Positions 59,219 through 64,000 of a stretch of DNA of 64,000 bases are shown piece by piece. This DNA is from an uncultured Gammaproteobacteria bacterium (lineage in GTDB: Bacteria; Patescibacteriota; Microgenomatia; Levybacterales; UBA12049). The first letter of the stretch is position 1. Each line of letters starts with the position of its first letter. The notes under the pieces were generated by a model that was not told the origin of the DNA, searched no databases, and worked only from the letters and a program-made list of their open reading frames with translations. The stretch is taken from NCBI GenBank assembly GCA_964515545.1, contig CAZERI010000004.1:24572-88571 (forward strand), given 5' to 3'. Position numbers and translations under genes: made by a program.

Positions 59219-60421
59219 ATGTTAATCCAAACTTTAAAAGGATTTCGGGACTTCCTGCCGACTGAGGCACGAAAGAGACAGTATGTCATAAGCACGCTCA
59301 AAGACGTGTTCTCATCCTATGGTTTTGAACCTTTAGAGACGCCAAGTCTTGAATATGAAGAAATCCTGAATGGTAAATACGGCGATGAAGGAGATAAACT
59401 GATGTACCGCTTTAAGGATAACGGAGAGCGGAATGTCGCCATGCGCTACGACCAGACAGTACCCCTTTCTCGAGTTGTAGCCCAGTATCAAAATGAGATT
59501 CCTTTTCCTTTTAAGAGATATCAGATTCAACCTGTCTGGCGTGCTGAAAATACTCAGAAAGGGAGATTTAGAGAGTTTCTACAGTGCGATATTGATACAG
59601 TAGGAACTGATTCTGTCTTTGCAGATGCTGAAATTCTCGCAATCATCAACGATAGTTTTGAAGCGCTTGGCTTTAAAGACTTTTCTATTTTGGTGAATGA
59701 CAGAAGTAGCTTTTCTGATCTTCCCCAAAAAGCAATTATCGCAATTGATAAGCTTAAGAAGATTGGAACAGATGCTGTCAAAAAAGAATTAGAGGCGTTA
59801 GGAGTTAAAGGAGAAAAGCTTGATGAGCTGACGAATGCAAAAATACCTGAGAATCTTGAAAAGATTATAGCTGCCTCAGAAGAATTCGGCGTAGATAAAA
59901 CTCGTATCCAATTTGAACCTACTCTTGCCCGCGGTCTTGATTACTATACAGGAATTATTATTGAGGTCGAGATAAAAGGCTATAGTGTAGGATCTGTAGG
60001 CGGAGGCGGAAGATATGATAATCTCGTCGGGATGTTTGCTGGGCGTCAAATTCCTGCAGTAGGATTTGCATTTGGATTTGATCGAATTATAGAATCTATG
60101 AGTGAGCAGAAATTATTTCCTGAAACTCTCATGGGCACCCAAGTATTAGTAACTATTTTTTCACCAGCACTCTTAGATAATGCTATTGAAGCCTGCTATA
60201 AACTGAGATCCAGCGGTATCACTACAGAACTCTATCTGGATCCAAATGCAAAAATGGAAAAGCAACTCAAGTATGCTGATCAAAAAGGTATCCTGTACGC
60301 TGTGATCATTGGCGAAGAGGAGGCAAAAAATAATAAAGCAACTCTAAAAAATCTTAAGACTCGATCACAAAATACTGCATCTTTGAGTGATATTGCTATA
60401 GAATTGGCAAAAATGTCCTAG
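59219..60421 (+). CDS. hisS: histidyl-tRNA synthetase
   Basis: Class II motifs 1-3, HisRS-specific GGGGRYDNLVGMF, C-terminal anticodon-binding domain; 400 aa. Confidence 0.9.
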   Translation: MLIQTLKGFRDFLPTEARKRQYVISTLKDVFSSYGFEPLETPSLEYEEILNGKYGDEGDKLMYRFKDNGERNVAMRYDQTVPLSRVVAQYQNEIPFPFKRYQIQPVWRAENTQKGRFREFLQCDIDTVGTDSVFADAEILAIINDSFEALGFKDFSILVNDRSSFSDLPQKAIIAIDKLKKIGTDAVKKELEALGVKGEKLDELTNAKIPENLEKIIAASEEFGVDKTRIQFEPTLARGLDYYTGIIIEVEIKGYSVGSVGGGGRYDNLVGMFAGRQIPAVGFAFGFDRIIESMSEQKLFPETLMGTQVLVTIFSPALLDNAIEACYKLRSSGITTELYLDPNAKMEKQLKYADQKGILYAVIIGEEEAKNNKATLKNLKTRSQNTASLSDIAIELAKMS

Positions 60422-60472
60422 TAAATTCCTTCACTCATTGAAAAAAATCCTCAACAATGGCACAATAAATTA

Positions 60473-61390
60473 ATGCGTCTGTCCAAGTACCAGCTAGCAG
60501 TTCTTGCATTAATCGGAACTAATATCATCTGGGGAGCAAGCGTTCCTATCTTTAAATGGTCTCTGGAAGATATCGATCCTTTCACATTTGCCTTCCTGCG
60601 TTTTTTCTTCGCCTCCCTTTTTCTTCTTCCTTTCACTCTTCATAAGCTCAAAATTAACAGACATGATGTTATTACATTCTTTGTTTTAGCTTTCTTCGGA
60701 TTTTTCATTCATATTGCTCTTCTCCTCTTCGGACTTAAGATCTCAAGCAGCATTAATTCTCCTATTATCGCCTCTAGTGCACCGATTTTCTTAATACTAG
60801 GATCATTCTTCTTTTTAAAAGAAAAAATTAATCAAAAAGTGCTTTTGGGGACTATCATTAGTCTAATTGGTGTCTCGATTATTATTCTTCGCCCGCTTTT
60901 TGATCATGGGCTTGATGGAACGATTCTTGGGAATTCTCTCTTTCTTCTCTCAACTATTTCCTTTGTTGTCTATACTATCATCCTTAAGAACCACTCTTTC
61001 AGGCATAGCGCTGCTACTGTTACTTTCTATCTTTTTGCTTTCGCAAGCATTATTTTCTTCCCGTTTTTCCTATGGGAATCAAATACGCATAATATTCTCT
61101 ATCTCGTAGACACGAAAGCGCTGCTGGGAATTCTTTTCGGTGCTATTTTTACCTCGGGCTTAGGCTATGTGTTCTTTAACTTTGCTATCCGTTTTATTAA
61201 AGCTAACGAAACAGGAGTCTATCTCTACATCGACCCTATCGTCACTGTCCTTATTGCTGTTCCCCTCCTAGGAGAGCATGTCACACGCTCCTTCATTGCA
61301 GGGAGTATCCTCGTCTTTTTTGGCATTTTAGTTGCTGAAAGAAGACTTAATTACCACCCTCTACAAAAACTTCTGGAGAAAAAGAATTAG
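60473..61390 (+). CDS. EamA/DMT superfamily transporter
   Basis: 10 TM in two 5-TM EamA repeats. Confidence 0.7.
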   Translation: MRLSKYQLAVLALIGTNIIWGASVPIFKWSLEDIDPFTFAFLRFFFASLFLLPFTLHKLKINRHDVITFFVLAFFGFFIHIALLLFGLKISSSINSPIIASSAPIFLILGSFFFLKEKINQKVLLGTIISLIGVSIIILRPLFDHGLDGTILGNSLFLLSTISFVVYTIILKNHSFRHSAATVTFYLFAFASIIFFPFFLWESNTHNILYLVDTKALLGILFGAIFTSGLGYVFFNFAIRFIKANETGVYLYIDPIVTVLIAVPLLGEHVTRSFIAGSILVFFGILVAERRLNYHPLQKLLEKKN

Positions 61391-61430
61391 TCTCCCAACT
61401 AATCTTAGGATTCTCCTGATATCCTTCAGC

Positions 61431-61459
61431 TTGTCAATCACGAGTAAATAGGCTATAAT
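61431..61459 (+). promoter_or_regulatory. sigma70-type promoter TTGTCA-17-TATAAT 8 nt upstream of rpmE ATG (near-leaderless)
   Basis: -35 61431-61436, -10 61454-61459, ATG 61468. Confidence 0.55.
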
Positions 61460-61467
61460 AATCACAC

Positions 61468-61767
61468 ATGAAAGCAACAGGACACCCACAATATTTCGAT
61501 TCAGCTAACGTCATTTGTGTCTGTGGTAACCGTTTTACCATCGGCTCTACTAAAGACGTTATCCATGTTGAGCTTTGCAATAAATGTCATCCTTTTTATA
61601 CAGGCGAACAAAAATTCGTTGATACTGCATCTCGTATCCAGAAATTTGAGACTAAGGTAAAGACAGCTCAAGACTACAAAGCAACACATGTTAAGAAACA
61701 AGAAGAAAAGAAAAAATCTAACGAAGCTCCAAAGTCTCTTCGTGACATGCTCATGGCTTTAAAATAG
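61468..61767 (+). CDS. rpmE: 50S ribosomal protein L31 (Zn-ribbon type, with Lys-rich C-terminal extension)
   Basis: CxxC..CxxC: CVCGNRF...[10 protein letters not shown]; MKATGHPQY.. N-terminus typical of bL31. Confidence 0.85.
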   Translation: MKATGHPQYFDSANVICVCGNRFTIGSTKDVIHVELCNKCHPFYTGEQKFVDTASRIQKFETKVKTAQDYKATHVKKQEEKKKSNEAPKSLRDMLMALK

Positions 61768-61828
61768 CTGAATTCCCTGGTACTTACCTTACTTCCTTCC
61801 CTCATGATAAATCCTATACAATAAATTT

Positions 61829-62725
61829 ATGCAAGATTACCGCTATGTCCAAATCGAAGAGCTAGAGAAAAAAATTGAAGAGACGCGTTCTCTCCTTAAT
61901 GATCCTGCTATGTCAGAGCTAGCCCAGGAAGAGATTTCCTCTCTTGAGCTGCAAAAAGAGTCCCTTTTAGACAGTATTAAGCAAAGCCAGGAAAATAGTC
62001 AGAATGATGATTTAGATAGTCGTAATGTAATTCTAGAAATAAAAGGTGCAGCAGGCGGAGATGAAGCAAGTATTTTTGCTGAAGAACTTCTTCGTATGTA
62101 TATGCGTTTTGCTGAAAGAAAAGGCTATAAGGCAGAGTTCTTGGAAGACAAAGTTCTTAAGATTTCAGGCAAAGGGGCTTTTAATTTCCTGAAATATGAA
62201 TCAGGAGTTCATCGTGTCCAAAGGGTACCAAAAACTGAGAAGAAAGGCCGTATTCATACCTCAACAGTTACTGTCTCTGTTCTGCCGGAATTACAGGATA
62301 TAGATCTTCATATTAACCCTGAAGATATCAGTTTTGAAGCTTTCAGAAGCGGTGGACATGGAGGCCAAAACGTCAATAAAGTCTCAACCGCCGTTCGCTT
62401 AATCCATAAGCCTACGGGGCTGACTGTCGTCTCATCAGCTGAACGTTCCCAAATCCAAAATCGAGAAATCGCTATGACACTCCTTCGTTCAAGACTTTGG
62501 GAAATGGAAATTGAAAAACAGCAAAAAGAATATGCTTCCCTTAAGGCAACCCAAGTTGGACGCGGGATGCGTAATGAAAAAATCAAAACATATAACTTCC
62601 CCCAAGACCGCCTCACCGATCACCGTATGGGCAAATCATGGGGAAATTTACCTGTTATTATGGATGGAGCTATCCCTGAGGATCACCCCGAAGATGATAC
62701 CATCGCGGATGAAGCTGGTGAATAA
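61829..62725 (+). CDS. prfA: peptide chain release factor 1 (compact form)
   Basis: GGQ motif [17 protein letters not shown]; codon-recognition tripeptide PKT (PxT = RF1 type); [12 protein letters not shown]; ~60 aa shorter than E. coli RF1. Confidence 0.85.
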   Translation: MQDYRYVQIEELEKKIEETRSLLNDPAMSELAQEEISSLELQKESLLDSIKQSQENSQNDDLDSRNVILEIKGAAGGDEASIFAEELLRMYMRFAERKGYKAEFLEDKVLKISGKGAFNFLKYESGVHRVQRVPKTEKKGRIHTSTVTVSVLPELQDIDLHINPEDISFEAFRSGGHGGQNVNKVSTAVRLIHKPTGLTVVSSAERSQIQNREIAMTLLRSRLWEMEIEKQQKEYASLKATQVGRGMRNEKIKTYNFPQDRLTDHRMGKSWGNLPVIMDGAIPEDHPEDDTIADEAGE

Positions 62726-62731
62726 CAACCG

Positions 62732-64000
62732 TTAGCTTAAGTACTCCAAGTCCTTTTTCTTATACTTCTCTATCATCTCCAAGTCATCATCAGTTAAAAG
62801 AATTTTAGCCAAATGATGTCCGCCTGCTAGATGAGGCAATACCACATAATCAGCACCTGCTTTATACAACTGCTTAGCATCCTCTGCTTCAATAGCAATT
62901 ACCACAATCTTTGCTCTCTTATTTAAATGAAGTAGTCCTTGAATTAATAATAAATTATCCTCCAGATCAGGAACTGTCGAGATAACCATCTTGGCTCGCT
63001 CAAACCCCACTCTCTCCTGAATCTCCGGATCTGCAATATCACCAAAAATAGCAGGAGTCTTTTCAAATTTAAGTTTTTTAATAATATCAGGATCGAAATC
63101 AACGACCAGGACCTGTTCTTTACTCTGTTTTAAGGCATGCATAATACTTTTACCCATCTGCTGCCCACCAATTAAGACAATATGCTTATCAAAAGCAGTT
63201 ATCTCGTCTATTGCAGATACCTCATGCTGATTGCCTCCCTTACGCAATTCAATAAGAGAAAGCCATGATCCAAGCTGTTTATATAATTTATTGGTATTCA
63301 AGATAGTATAGGTGGAACTGATAAAGGTAATAATACTAACAAGGACAATAATCGTGATGATAGAATCCGGAATAAGCCCTTTACTTTGTGCTAGAAAAAG
63401 GATGATAAGGCTGAATTCGGAAACTTGCCCCATACTAGTTCCGATAAAAAATGAAGTACGCTTACGAAAACCGAGTAAGCCAGTAATTGCCATGACGATA
63501 AATGGCTTGAAAACGACAACGAAGAGTCCAAGGACTATAGCAGGGAAAATAGCTGCTGAAAAATTATTAAATGTCATATCCAGACCTAACATCACAAAAA
63601 AGATAATGAGGAAGAAATCACGAAGCGATTTCATACGTGCGATAATCTGATAATTCTCATGAGTATTAGCAAGTGCCAACCCTGCTAGAAATCCTCCAAT
63701 CTCAATTGAAAAACCAATTGGCTGCCACGTGACTAGAGCAGTGACTGCAAAAACCCATGCCAAGCTGAAAAGAAAAAGTAATTCGTCTGACTTGGATAAT
63801 GTATGAAGAACTTTAGGGAAAACAAATCTGCTGAAAAGAAGAATCCACCCAATAAGAACACTTAACTTGAGGGCAATAATAACAATTTGTGAAATAAGAT
63901 CATTAACTGATCCCAGATGGAACCCATCCACGAAAATGAGCGTAAGGATAGCAAAAAAGTCCTGCACTAGTAAAATACCGATGGCTAGCTTTCCATGAAG
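62732..64000 (-). CDS. CPA2 family monovalent cation:proton antiporter with C-terminal RCK/TrkA-N domain; partial, continues past window end
   Basis: TM region then Rossmann HIVLIGGQQMGKSIMHALK (TrkA-N); track start is GTG but reading frame stays open to position 64000. Confidence 0.75.
   Translation of the reverse strand, partial: LHGKLAIGILLVQDFFAILTLIFVDGFHLGSVNDLISQIVIIALKLSVLIGWILLFSRFVFPKVLHTLSKSDELLFLFSLAWVFAVTALVTWQPIGFSIEIGGFLAGLALANTHENYQIIARMKSLRDFFLIIFFVMLGLDMTFNNFSAAIFPAIVLGLFVVVFKPFIVMAITGLLGFRKRTSFFIGTSMGQVSEFSLIILFLAQSKGLIPDSIITIIVLVSIITFISSTYTILNTNKLYKQLGSWLSLIELRKGGNQHEVSAIDEITAFDKHIVLIGGQQMGKSIMHALKQSKEQVLVVDFDPDIIKKLKFEKTPAIFGDIADPEIQERVGFERAKMVISTVPDLEDNLLLIQGLLHLNKRAKIVVIAIEAEDAKQLYKAGADYVVLPHLAGGHHLAKILLTDDDLEMIEKYKKKDLEYLS

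Overview
AT-rich (roughly 38% GC), gene-dense bacterial chromosome segment. It uses the standard genetic code: long ORFs such as gyrA and carB are intact, so UGA recoding is rejected. The gene content is that of a small-genome bacterium, plausibly Candidate Phyla Radiation (Patescibacteria)-like; this is inference. Housekeeping genes dominate: tyrS, recG, rpmF-nusB-rnc, rpsP-KH-trmD, holB, gyrB-ppa-gyrA, folD, a pyrimidine cluster pyrB-carA-(unknown ORF)-carB-pyrC, efp, pepA, dnaB, hisS, rpmE and prfA, plus one tRNA-Leu(CAA). The largest accessory block is a complete type IV pilus locus on the minus strand (8.7-22.7 kb): pilB-pilT-pilC, a major pilin candidate, a DUF2723-type GT-C membrane protein, the prepilin peptidase pilD, five further pilin-like genes, a PilX-type gene, and pilM-pilN-pilO. 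Other notable points are a recurrent leaderless-mRNA promoter architecture, a promoter-terminator attenuator abutting pyrB, an ~870-bp non-coding convergent spacer (44.8-45.7 kb) that carries a MITE-like element with 18-bp perfect terminal inverted repeats, a small Pro-rich ORF with a 39-bp tandem repeat, and an unannotated 48-aa Lys-rich ORF with a strong Shine-Dalgarno (SD) sequence. No CRISPR array, rRNA, intact transposase or recognisable defence system was seen.
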